Assembly: GCA_051294375.1 (NCBI GenBank)
Contig: JBJCIZ010000373.1
Span: 1 to 63,243 of the forward strand
Source: Paraspadella gotoi
Taxonomy: Eukaryota; Animalia; Chaetognatha
Reading direction: 5' to 3'
DNA: 63,243 nucleotides
The stretch's first letter is position 1. Each line of letters starts with the position of its first letter. Of the stretch, positions 24,930 to 35,946 are shown piece after piece. The notes beneath the pieces were generated by a model. That model searched no databases. It saw only the letters and a program-made list of their open reading frames with translations, and was not told where the DNA came from. Both the position numbers and the translations under genes were made by a program.

Positions 24930-25547
24930 CTTGGCTACTGCCAGTTTTTCTGGATCAAGTCGGCGGGCGCGGGACTGGCATGGTCGGCCTTCTGTCGGGA
25001 TTGAGTGGGTCACTCCATGTCTCGGCTCCTTGAGCTCAAATGTCGGCGTTGAAAGCGAAGGGAAAGATTCTAATAACTTATAGTATCTCTCGCCTTTCCT
25101 ATCGACGAAATTCGCATGAGTCGTGGCTCCGGAGGATGTCGACGCTGCTATCGTCGAATAATCCTGTAAGTCCATTAACAGGCCGTCTCGGTGGTTTGGA
25201 GCAAGAAAGTTTTCTGCAAGGAAATCGGCTCCCAAAATATGCTGGGTGACATCTGCGACGACGAAATCGTATTCAAATCGCCTTTTCCCGAGTGTGACGG
25301 TTTTGTTGACTGAACCATAGCAGCTAATAGGTGATCCGTTCGCCGCCTGGAGTTTTGTCTCTGGATTTGGTCCTTTCAGGCGTTGTTCGCGGGTTGGAGG
25401 TATGATTGATAGAAGGGCGCCGCCGTCTACCAACCATTTCACTCTGCTCTCTGAATCCCTGATGTAAAGGAGGTCGCTCGCTGCTGGTGAAAATGATTCT
25501 GGCTGGGGGACGGCGTTCACCAACGGCGTCCCCCTCTTCCGTTTCCC
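24930..25547 (-). CDS. pol: Pol N-terminus: aspartic protease (-1 frame relative to gag), truncated
   Basis: 'WLVDGGALLSIIP', 'LQAANGSPI', 'ILGADFL'. Confidence 0.88.
25505..25547 (-). promoter_or_regulatory. Programmed -1 ribosomal frameshift signal
   Basis: G_GGA_AAC heptamer in gag frame, 6-nt spacer, hairpin GGGGGACG-C-CGTT(GGTG)AACG-C-CGTCCCCC. Confidence 0.8.
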
Positions 25548-26422
25548 TCATGATGCTTTTGCAGTTCTTTGTACTTTGAGCAGCCCGGTTCGCATGATCG
25601 GGCGTTATCTCCGAATTTTAGATGCTTGCTGCAAAGTGTGAGAAGCTTAGTTTTTTGTTTCTCTTTGACTTTGTTCCGGCGCTCTTTTCCATTTCTCTTC
25701 TTCCGCTTGGAGTGGTCGATGGCATTGACGGCGTCGTCGTCGTCGTCGTCGTCGTCGTCCGTTTCTGACGGTAGGCGGCGCTGATGGTTGCCTTCGATGT
25801 TGTTGACTTGTGCAGTCGGCTGACAGATCTTTGGTTTACCCTCATTGTCGTAGTGCCGATCTGCCAGTTGACAGAGGTCGCGGGCGGTCAGTTCCTCGGC
25901 CTTCTCCTCGAGTTGCCGGCGGATTTCCGTCGGCAGTTCCTGAAGGATTTTCTCCTTGCGTAAGTCGTCGAGAGTGAGAGTCCGAGTTTTCTCCTCTAAG
26001 AGTGCCAGAGCCCTTGACGGCTTGATGCCGTCGATGTCGATGTTGTCGAGGAGGTGAGTAGCTTGTTGGCGCCGAGTAAATCCATATTCATCCCTTAAGT
26101 ATTGAAGGAACTGGGTCCAGGCCTCCTCCGTCGCTTCACCGAATAGAAACTGATTTATTTTGGGATCCACTTTGATCCCAATTTTTGATTCGAGGTAAGC
26201 GAATTTGTTTTTCGTGGTGGAGATGCCGGCNNNNNNNNNNGCTGCCTCTACTCTTCTAATCCAAATCTCGATGTTGGATGAATCGAATTCCGGAAGGTCG
26301 GGCTTCCGGTTTGACGCTCTCTCGAGGGCGCGAGTCGCCGCCGTCAGTGCGGCGCGCAATTCGTCGTTTATGTGGCGTAGTTCCCTTCCTTCAGCGTTGT
26401 CGGTCGGTTGGTCGGTCGCCAT
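25517..26422 (-). CDS. gag: Gag with CHCC zinc knuckle (CsRn1-like clade)
   Basis: 301-aa ATG ORF; 'LPEFDSSNIEIWIRRVEA', 'KPS..L', C-x2-H-x9-C-x3-C (CSKHLKFGDNARSCEPGC). Confidence 0.9.
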   Translation of the reverse strand: MATDQPTDNAEGRELRHINDELRAALTAATRALERASNRKPDLPEFDSSNIEIWIRRVEAXXXXAGISTTKNKFAYLESKIGIKVDPKINQFLFGEATEEAWTQFLQYLRDEYGFTRRQQATHLLDNIDIDGIKPSRALALLEEKTRTLTLDDLRKEKILQELPTEIRRQLEEKAEELTARDLCQLADRHYDNEGKPKICQPTAQVNNIEGNHQRRLPSETDDDDDDDDDAVNAIDHSKRKKRNGKERRNKVKEKQKTKLLTLCSKHLKFGDNARSCEPGCSKYKELQKHHEGNGRGGRRW

Positions 26423-26791
26423 GTCGCCGTTCCAATTAGGCGACGTCGACTCTTTGAGCGTTGAAACCTAGAGCAGCGTTGATAAGTGTGGGCCTTTGAG
26501 AGACCGCCTTGGTTTTTTGACCCCGTCGTCCTCGCTGAAGGCTGGGGATGAGCTGCGGCGCCGCCGGGCGTCGGCCTCGCGTCGTCGGCCGTTGTCGAGA
26601 TGAGGCGGAGATATTGGGCGTATGGGGCAGGTGGCGGAAAAAGTGTGAGCCGGAATGGGTGATCACGCTTAATTCCAATTTTCTTCCCCCAGTCTTACCT
26701 CGGAAGTCCGGTAATGTCCCGCTCCTCTGCCCCGTTCTTCAAGGTTGGCTGTTTTGTTCATTGTCGCCGGCTCACCAGCTTTGTGTCGGTA

Positions 26792-28240
26792 AGTAGCTTT
26801 AATAAGTGGGATTTTAATTACATATAGTGTTTATATAGGAGATTTATTGCCATTAAGAAAGTATTAAGTGTCCGGAGAAGAAGAGTGGGCAAGAGTGTGA
26901 AAATTTTGCTATGCGAAAATTTAAATGTAGAGTTACTGAACTGGCATTTTTTAGAGTCGGAAGAGTCCTAGTAGTTTCTTTATTATATAATTTAATATTT
27001 TTACGTCCACACTTTGTGTACATAAAGAATTTAACTGATTGGCTGAAATTTTGTAGGAAAAATTTAAAAAATCAAGTTTTGACCTGGATTTTTTTAGAGT
27101 CGAAGAAGTCCTAGTAGTTTCTTTTATTATAATTTAATTATTTTTACGGTCCCACACTTTTGGGTTACATAAAGATATAAACTGTGAAATTTTGTAGGAA
27201 GAAATTTAAAATTACAAGTTTTCTTGCTTTCTGATTGCTTTCTTCTCCTCAAAAAATTTAATCTCGCTTCTGATTGGCCGCAATTATGACACTGAATCTT
27301 TTCTAAAAATAGTTACGAGGAAAAATATTCTGCAAACTTTTTTCCCCTTGATCTTTTGTTGAACATGATCTCTCTGATCGTTTTATGAATACCTCTTTTG
27401 GTCTACTGATGTCTCTCTATGCATTTAAATTAGAAACAAAAGATTTAGAAAGCAGCGCAAAAATTGCTGGGAAAAAAATAAAATGCAAGTTGGAGAGGAA
27501 AATCTCGAGTCGGAGAGTCCTAGTAGTTTCTTTATATATTTTAATATTTTAACGGTCCACACTTTGTACAATAAAGAATTAACTGGAATTTTGTAGGAAA
27601 AATTTAAAAATGCAAGTTTGACTGGATTTTTTAGAGTCGAAGAGTCCTAGTAGTTTCTTTTTATTATTTTATATATTTTACGGTACACATTTTGTACATA
27701 AAGAATTAACTAGCGTGAAATTTTGTAGGAAAAATTTAAAATGTAAGTTTGACTGGATTTTTTAGAGTCGGAGAGTCCTAGTAGTTTCTTTATATGTTAT
27801 TTAATATTTTTACGGTCCACACTTTGTACATAAAGAATTAACTGTGAAATTTTGTAGGAAAAAATTTAAAATACAAGTTTGACTGGATTTTTTGAGTCGA
27901 GAGGTCCTAGTAGTTTCTTTTATTTTATTTTAATATTTTTACGGTCCACACTTTGTACATAAAGAATTATACTGTGAATTTTGTAGGAAAAATTTAAAAT
28001 GCAAGTTGGACTGGATTTTTTAGAGTCGAAGAGTCCTAGTAGTTCTTTTATTTATTTAATATTTTTATACGGTCCACACTTTGTACATAAAGAATTAACT
28101 ACGGAATTTTGTAGGAAAAATTTAAAATGCAAGTTGGACTGGATTTTTTAGAGTCGAAGAGTCCTAGTAGTTTCTTTATATATTTAATATTTTTACGGCC
28201 ACACTTTGGAACATAAAGAATTAACTATGAAATTTTGCCG
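26792..28240 (+). repeat. Left TIR: ~100-bp unique end plus ~126-bp tandem units, interrupted at ~27220-27470
   Basis: Reverse complement of 56300-57744. The outer part is noisy. Confidence 0.88.
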
Positions 28241-28544
28241 GTGAACATTTTTCCTGTGAAAATTTTTCTCTGATCTTTTGTTGAACGTGATCTCTCTGAT
28301 CTTTTTTTAAATTCCTCTTTTGGTCTACAGGTGTCTCTCTTTCTCTGATCTTTAAATCAGAAACAAAAAATTTAAAGAGCAGTGCAAAAATTGATAGGAA
28401 AAATGTATAGTTAATTCTTTATGTACTTTAACGTGGACCGTAAAAATTTCCGAAATACTAAGCTTACTACTAGGACTCTCCGACTCTAAAATTTCTAGTC
28501 CAACTTGCATTTTAAATTTTTCCTGTAAACTTTTTTCCGCTCCT

Positions 28545-28920
28545 CTCTAAAACTGTTAACCTAAGGTCATTCAAGAGATCGAACCTCATCGGTTGACTGC
28601 TTTAAAATTGACCACTAGGCACCTTTTAGGTTTGACAAATCAGAGGCTCGATGTTACCTTCATGATTTATAAAGCGATTTCTAAAGAAAAGGTAGATATT
28701 TGCTAGAAATATACATTTCTTCTAGATTAATTTTCCTCTCTAAAACTGGTCATTTGAGGGATCGAACCTCATCGGTTGACTGCTTTAAAATTGACCACTA
28801 GGCACCTTTTAGGTTTGACAAATCAGAGGCTCAATGTTACCATCATGATTTATGAAAGCGATTTCTAAAGAAAAGGTAGATATTTCTGAGAAATATACAT
28901 TTCTTCTAGATTAATTTTCT
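28545..28920. repeat. ~183-bp tandem duplication
   Basis: GATCGAACCTCATCGGTTGACTGC occurs at ~28577 and ~28760. Confidence 0.9.
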
Positions 28921-29357
28921 TACATAACTAACAATAATTAGTTCTATTCACAGAAAATAAGAACTAGGTTTATATGACACTGAGTAGTTTTATTATTTAT
29001 ACACAAAATCGGTATATATTTAAAGCAGTGTTAGAAAAAAAAAACAACATTAAATCTCTAAATTATTATTTAAAAGATCGCCGGCAATAGTACTATGTAA
29101 ATGACTTTTAGCGAATATTTTTAAATTATCTGTATAATCATCTCTTTAACATTCCCTTTTCTTCGTAATCCTCAATCGTCGTCCCAACGTCATATTAAAA
29201 CCAATCCTTTTAATTTGTTTACTCTAATTAAGTTTATATTAAAATGTTAATCAAAACAAATCAATTCAATTAAAAGCACTAAATTTATTTCACCTGATAC
29301 AAAAAATTCAAAACCGGATCAAGAGCAAGGGTAAATTTTCAACTGATTATTGTTTGA

Positions 29358-29436
29358 CCAATGAAATTATGATTTAGAGGAAGACCGAGCCAATTAGATT
29401 TGATTAGTCATATCATTGGTCAAGCGCTCTATATAA
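29358..29436 (+). promoter_or_regulatory. CCAAT x3 + TATA promoter
   Basis: CCAAT at 29358 and 29390, ATTGG at 29415, TATATAA at 29430; ATG at 29480. Confidence 0.6.
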
Positions 29437-29479
29437 GCTGGTTTTTTTTCTCCTTGTCACTCATATTACTCATCAGATA

Positions 29480-30034
29480 ATGCTCATCATGCATGCTCGT
29501 TTTTACCTCACGATTGTTTTCGTCTTTCTCGGGACTGTCCGCTCGAAGCCCCTGGACATCGATGACCTTAATTGGGCCGATTACGATATGGCTCAATTAG
29601 ATTATTCGATGGTTCGCCATCCCGGAGACACGGTTGATGTGGATCCGAAGGTTAACCCGAGAGAGGAAGCAGTGCCTAAACAGCCTGCCACTCTTATAGG
29701 AAAACCTGACGATAACACTGACACGGTGGATTCGAATATGGTACTGGAGCCAAAAGCATCACGAACGAGAAAAATGGACATCGGCATGACTAAGCGCGAT
29801 ATTATCGAAGTCGTCTCCGCGATCTTGGCGCCGACAGGATTTGCAGCCTTTCTCATCGGTCTTGGGATAAAGTGCTTTCGGTTGCGCCGCGAGGGATTCT
29901 CATTTTATGAGATTCTACTTGTTGCGTTCTACCTCATAGTATCTCGCTTTTGCCCAGATACCGCTGCCTTTGGAGACCCACGCGACTATTCGAGTCGAAG
30001 ACGGAATGCTGCAATCCCATTACCAGCTCCGTAA
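29480..30034 (+). CDS. 184-aa predicted membrane protein (signal peptide, acidic ectodomain, 1-2 hydrophobic segments)
   Basis: Clean intronless ORF in a GC-richer island. N-terminal 'RFYLTIVFVFLGTVRS', TM-like 'VVSAILAPTGFAAFLIGLGI' followed by RLRR, then 'FYEILLVAFYLIV'. Confidence 0.8.
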   Translation: MLIMHARFYLTIVFVFLGTVRSKPLDIDDLNWADYDMAQLDYSMVRHPGDTVDVDPKVNPREEAVPKQPATLIGKPDDNTDTVDSNMVLEPKASRTRKMDIGMTKRDIIEVVSAILAPTGFAAFLIGLGIKCFRLRREGFSFYEILLVAFYLIVSRFCPDTAAFGDPRDYSSRRRNAAIPLPAP

Positions 30035-30056
30035 CTGTCTCTGGAAAATCTAGCTA

Positions 30057-30083
30057 CCCAAAAAGCCCTTTTTAGGGCTACCA
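30057..30083 (+). terminator. Histone-mRNA-type 3' stem-loop
   Basis: CCCAAAA-AGCCCT-TTTT-AGGGCT-ACCA, 30 nt after the stop codon: 6-bp stem, 4-nt loop, canonical flanks. Confidence 0.7.
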
Positions 30084-30194
30084 TTTTTAAAAGATCGTCT
30101 TACGTATAACATTTGGAAAATAGTTCAAAATTAGTTTCAATAAATTTTTTTTTTTTCATTTTAAATTTTTTATTTAAATCATCATATTAAGGCT

Positions 30195-30445
30195 TAATTA
30201 AGGGGACCCAGTGATAAAAATAATATCATAAACTTAAGGGTTTAAAACAAATTGTTTTAGTTTTTATTTAAATTATTATATTAAGGGGACCTAATAACAA
30301 AAATGATATCGGGGACCCAGTGATAAAAATAATATCATAAACTTAAGGGTTTAAAACAAATTGTTTTAGTTTTTATTTAAATTGTTATATTAAGGGACCC
30401 AATGACAAAAATAATATCCGGAACCCATTGATAAAAATAATATCA
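30195..30445. repeat. ~110-bp tandem duplication with GGGGACCC subrepeats
   Basis: GGGGACCCAGTGATAAAAATAATATCATAAAC occurs at ~30202 and 30311. Confidence 0.85.
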
Positions 30446-31054
30446 TCTCTTATTATAGCGGAAATAAAAATTTAATAATTATAAAAAGAGACTTAGTTGA
30501 CCTTATTTAAATATTTATATAACCCATTATTTTATTTTTGTATTATGAAATATTTTTTATTAAATTTTAAATTTTTATGTTTTGTTGTATGAAGTTATAA
30601 TTTTAGGTTTAACCCTCATTAAACAAAAGCTTTATAAGACTAATATTTTTTAATATTTATATTTATTTAAAAATAGAAAAATTAAACTTAAGTTTTATAT
30701 TTACAAAAATAAAACTGTAATAACTATTAATTAATATTCATATTCATCCTTTAAATATATTATTATATATTATTAAATTATATTGATTCTTAATTTTAAT
30801 AATTAATTTTTTAACAAAAGTAAAGAACCTTTCGTCATTTGGTCCCCTTAAAAGCCAAAAAGTATTTGTTTTTCTTTATGAAAAAAAAACTTTTTGAAAC
30901 TAATTTTATACTATTTTTTAATTTTATTATAAAATGAAAAGAAAAGAATATATTATGCAATATGTAAATATAATTTATATTATTTTAAAAACAAAATTTT
31001 AATATTAAAAAGTTTGTTTATGTGATCAATGTAAGTCTTGCCATTTTTTTTTTG

Positions 31055-31549
31055 TTAATCCTTGTGGATCATGATTTCCAGAGCCCGGATGTGCTGCTCA
31101 AGCATGATCTTATATTGGTTAGCGGCGCGCAGCTCTCCCCTTAAAAAATGAAGAACAGACGCGTTAACTATTATTTTTAAATAATAGGCAAAAAAAAGGA
31201 AAAATTATGATGAAATATAGTTCCCCCACCTCGCGTATTCCGCAGTTCTGTCTCTTGCTAATTGCGAGTTTTCCGCCCGCCAGGAATTCTCTAATATATA
31301 ATTTATTTGGTCCGTCGACGGGACGAACCTCAAAGCATAGTGCCTTTGGTCTTGCCTGATTTAAAAAAAAGAACCAATAGTTATTACATTCACATTTAAT
31401 AATATTTAAAAAATCTTAAAAGTAATATTTTTTATATTAATAACACTAACGTACAGTTTTTTCACAAAGGCCAGCGCATCCTCCTTTGGAGTCGCCTCAG
31501 CATCCGCCTCTGCCCAGGAAGTTGATGGGAGTCGTTGATAATTGGCCAT
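31055..31549 (-). CDS. Three-exon unknown protein (~101 aa)
   Basis: Exons 31549-31455, 31355-31230 and 31139-31055. Both GT-AG introns are phase 2 and join without a stop. Confidence 0.7.
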
Positions 31550-32149
31550 TCTTTTATACATTTTTGATAAAAGAGATAAAAAAGATAAGAGAGAAAAGTA
31601 AATAGTCAATAAACATAGTCAATAGTCACGCTATAACGAACCTGGTAGCTTTAAAGAGAGTGAAATTTTGTCCAAGGAAAAGCTTTTTCTGAAATATCGA
31701 GAAAAAAATTAAAATGATTCTCATAATTTGTTAGCAAAAAAATAATGAAGTCAAAGAAATCAAAGAAAGCGATAAAGAATTTCTTGGAAAAAAAAAGACA
31801 CCGCTGTTCAAAGATAGAAAGAGTGGAAGCGAAATGCGTTATCGCGAGCCACTTTATTTTTTAAAAAAAACTTTTTTTCACCCCCCACCCACTTTAAAAA
31901 CCCATTTAAACATTTTGCACCAATCACAACCTGTAAACCGAACTATTAGTTTTGCAAATTTTCCCCGCCAATGAGAAAAAGGTTTAGTAAAGTTAGACAA
32001 ATTTTCCCCGCCAATGAGAAAGAAGTTAGAAGTTAGAACACAATGTAATGTGATGAGAAAATATAAACATAAATATAAACTTTTCGTTTTTATTATCAAT
32101 TTCCTTTTGTCCTTCTTGTCATAAGTCAGGGATAAGGACAAGGTAAAAA

Positions 32150-35041
32150 ATGGATAACCATTATATCGGTTGTAACAATTTAATAGAGGATTTTTTAAAT
32201 ACCGTATCTCGTATTCAAAATGAAAACAAAACATTAATTAGCGAATTAAATAAAAAAGCGAAACATTTTTTCGACCTAAACGAAGCCAAAATAGAAGTTT
32301 TTAACTCTCACATAGAAAAAATTCATGAACTTAAAAATGCTCTCGTCTCTATTGAAAGCAAAAAAAACTCATTAAAATATGTCGCGAGTGCCGAGACGCT
32401 CCAAACCATCGATTCACTTAAAAAATCTCAAAATGAAATCGATGAAAGTTATAAAGAAAGACAAGAACTCATGGCCGCTCTCGATGCATTAAACTCTAAA
32501 ATAAAGGACCAAGAAACTGAAAAAATTGTCATCGGAAATAAAGTTGATGCTCTGGTTGCGAGAGATGAAAATACTTTCATTGACACCAAAAAACATCTCG
32601 ACAACTCATTGGTTGAATTGAAGCAGTCGCAATTAGCCATAGAGCACAACTTTATAGCATTTGCTCAGGCTGAGTTTAACATTGAATTTAACGAAAATGA
32701 AGAAATCTCCTTTGATTGTGCTAATTCTAAAATCTTAGAGAGGGTTGCCGATCATAACAACTACTGCAAGTTGCACAATGCCCTCAAAAACAATAAAGAG
32801 TTTCTCGCGAAACTCCGTGATAAACTCAATGTTGAAGAATCTGTGGAGGTGAACATCCCAATCTCCGAACCACGCGAAATAAACTTTTTATGTGCTAACA
32901 TAACCAACACTCCTATGGATATTACTCAAAATATCCATGCGGATGAGTTAGTTTTTAATTGTAATCAGTTAGAGATCGAGAATGGAGGTGACATGGATGT
33001 TGGTGCGGAGAGTGAGGTTCACTCACAGATTGTAAACGAACCCGAAAACGTCGACGTTGGTCTAGGAGAAATAGAAAGTATTGAAAACACAACGAAATCG
33101 AGGGATGGTGTACAGGAGGATTTAACAGAAAATACAGTGGTGTCGGCGGATAGTGTACACAATTTAATAAATGAATTCTCTAACGATGAGGTTTTCGTCT
33201 CGATGGACATTGGAGGAGACCTCGGAGGGTTAGTTAATNNNNNNNNNNATGGGTCTATTTCTTCTCCGTTGACCCATTTAATCCGAGACCCCTTGTTCTC
33301 GGAAGCAGTGGTAGAAACTGAAGGTGACAATGTTCAAGAAGAAGTGTTTAATCGTTCTACACTATCGACTCCGCCCATCACCACGTTTAACCCTGTTAAC
33401 CCTGTCCTTCCAACCGAAGACTTTGGTGAGGTTTTATTCCCTTCCAACATCTCTTTAAATAACTCGCCGACTCACTCTACACCAAAAAAAGGGTGCTCGC
33501 CGCTAAAAATAACATCGCTATCCAGCCCTAAAACGTCGCCGCCTCTAAAACGAAAAAAAGGAAATTCCGTCACAGAAACGATGCTCGGTGAAAAACATTT
33601 AGAGAGTGAACAATCGGTTGTTAATTATCTAAGCCGTTGCGACAACCAAGGCAACCTAGATATACCTTCAACGAGCAAAGAAGCGCATAACTCAAGCAAT
33701 GCCATTGAGTATCTCAAGGATGGCATGGACGATTTTGGGGCCAGCGAGGACCTAATTAAAGAAGCATTAGCTTCGGCGAAAATATCTGGTTAGTTAATAA
33801 ACATTAATATAATAATAACTATATGTAAAGAATATAAGTTAAGCGCTATTGAAAATTAACTTTTGCATCTATTTCGGTTGCTATATTATTATTTTATTTA
33901 TAAAAAAGTTTTTTTATTAATATGATTCAGTTTTTTTTTGTCTAGTAATACTAATAGTAGTACCTGCAATGTTTTTAAAAATGTAAATAGCTAATTTCAT
34001 TAAATTAAAAGGAAATTTTTATTTAACTTTTATCTAATATGCAAATAAGATTGCAATTAAAACTGTTAAAATAAACAAATGCACATACCAATTAATGCCA
34101 ACTTTCTATCCCCAGATTCCGAGATGCAAACAACTAACAATGATTTAATTTTCGTTGTTTCCGCTAACTCGACAATCTCATCAACAAAAAATTACAAACC
34201 TGTGAAATCGTTAAATGTAAGGAGTAAAAGGTGTGAAAGTGAAGGACCTCGCAAGCTTTACCTCACAGTTGCAAATATGATGTCGTTGTTTAATCCAAAT
34301 AAAAGAACGTGCGACGCCGCTTTTTTAAAAAGAATTTGTCTCCTTTGCTCAAAAACAACGCCAAGGGGCAAAGTAAACAATTTAAAAGCTCATTTAAGCA
34401 CAATTTGCAAAATGGCCAAAGAGCTAGTGCCTCCACTCCCTAGTCAGCAAGATTCACCTTGGTTAAACACTGATCATGTCATGGCGATCTTTTGCAATGA
34501 AAAGGGTTGCCAACGGGTAATTGTGGAAGAGAAAGATGATTTAAATCATACAGCCCTAAAGGCCCATTTTCGCAAAATGCATAAAAAAAACTTAGAATGC
34601 AATGCAACGATCAACGGCCTTAATTCAAGCTCGATAAGAGAGGCGGGGATTAACTTTTATTACTGTACGTTTTGTGAAACCGACCAACCAAATATCACAG
34701 CTTGCAGGGCAGAGATGTGTCTACACCTCATAACACATCACACGGAAATAGTATCTCCCTGTCCTGTTTGCTCAAAACCCTTTCCCTTACGCGAGCTTCG
34801 AATTCATTGCATAAACCACTTAAAAACTGACGATTTTGTGGAGGCAAGCGACAAAAAGTTGAAATGTAAAAAATGCGGACAACAAATGAACAATTTAAGT
34901 ACTGTGAGTAGCCACGTCTCAAATTGTTTTCCGTATTTGAAACGACACACCTGCAAAACTTTTAAAGAGGTTTTCACTGGAAATTGCAGTGATATGGCAA
35001 AAACACAAATCATGTGCATTGGAGTAAAATTCCCTGAGTGA
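32150..35041 (+). CDS. Two-exon ~850-aa protein: coiled coil, acidic/S-P region, multiple Cys/His zinc fingers
   Basis: ORFs 32150-33793 and 34079-35041 join through a phase-1 intron 33789-34115 (GTTAGT...CCCAG). CxxC...H motifs such as CPVCSKPFPLRELRIHCINH. NLS-like PLKRKK. Confidence 0.75.
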
Positions 35042-35946
35042 TAACTTTATATGACAATATTATATTATTAAGGTGGAAAAAGGTAAAAACTAAGAGTTTT
35101 GTCATATAAATAACGTATCTCTGTGTGATAACAAAATTAAAAAAATAATATTTTATGTATAGTTAATAACATACAAGCATTTAGAGTTTATCATATTACT
35201 ATAAATCATGAAAAGTTTATATTTGAAATAGACTATTTTTTATGTGCTATCTAAATCCGTTTTTTGTTGCCTATCATTTATAAATATTTAAATACTTCAA
35301 TGATATACTTTGCCTTACTAGTTATAAAAGTGATATTAAATAATGATTAAGTATATGATGAACAAATGAATTTTATATGACAGAACTTTTAATGATAAAA
35401 AGGGTTGAAATTTAACCCGCCTTATTATATTATATGGGTTAATTTTACTTTTGCGACTATGGATTAGGGAGGGATTAGGGAGAGGCTATGGTTAAGGGTG
35501 CTTTATGGGTGGTTTAGGGTTAGGGCTAGATAGGGTTAGGAGGTTTTAGGGTTAGAGTATTGGATAATATTTCTTTTTAAATCTTTTTTTAAGTGAGAAT
35601 TTTTGAAGTAAGTATTTTTAAAGCCAAAACTGCGGTCGGCTAAAGTAGAATTTAGCCTATTATATTATATTGCGCCTTTCATATTTATACTGTCACATTT
35701 TGTTATCAAGTTTAGGTTACTTGTGCTTTCATTTTTTATTACTTTGTTTTTACTATACACTGCGGTGCTCTTAGTTATTTAGTTTTGTGTATTCTAGTAT
35801 TTTCTATGTCAATTCTCATCTTTGTTTTATGTACCTATTATGTTTTAGTTTTCATGTCCTTGCATTCAAATTTTAAAAAAAAAAAAAACTTAACGAAAAT
35901 TCGATTTCAAAAAAAAAGAAAATAAAAAAAAACTTATCAAAATAAA

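Larger units (their letters stand above)
24930..26791 (-). mobile_element. Ty3/Gypsy copy C: PBS, gag, protease; 5' LTR replaced by the Polinton end
   Basis: Near-identical to copies A and B. Only ~10 nt of LTR remain before the Polinton TIR. Confidence 0.92.
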
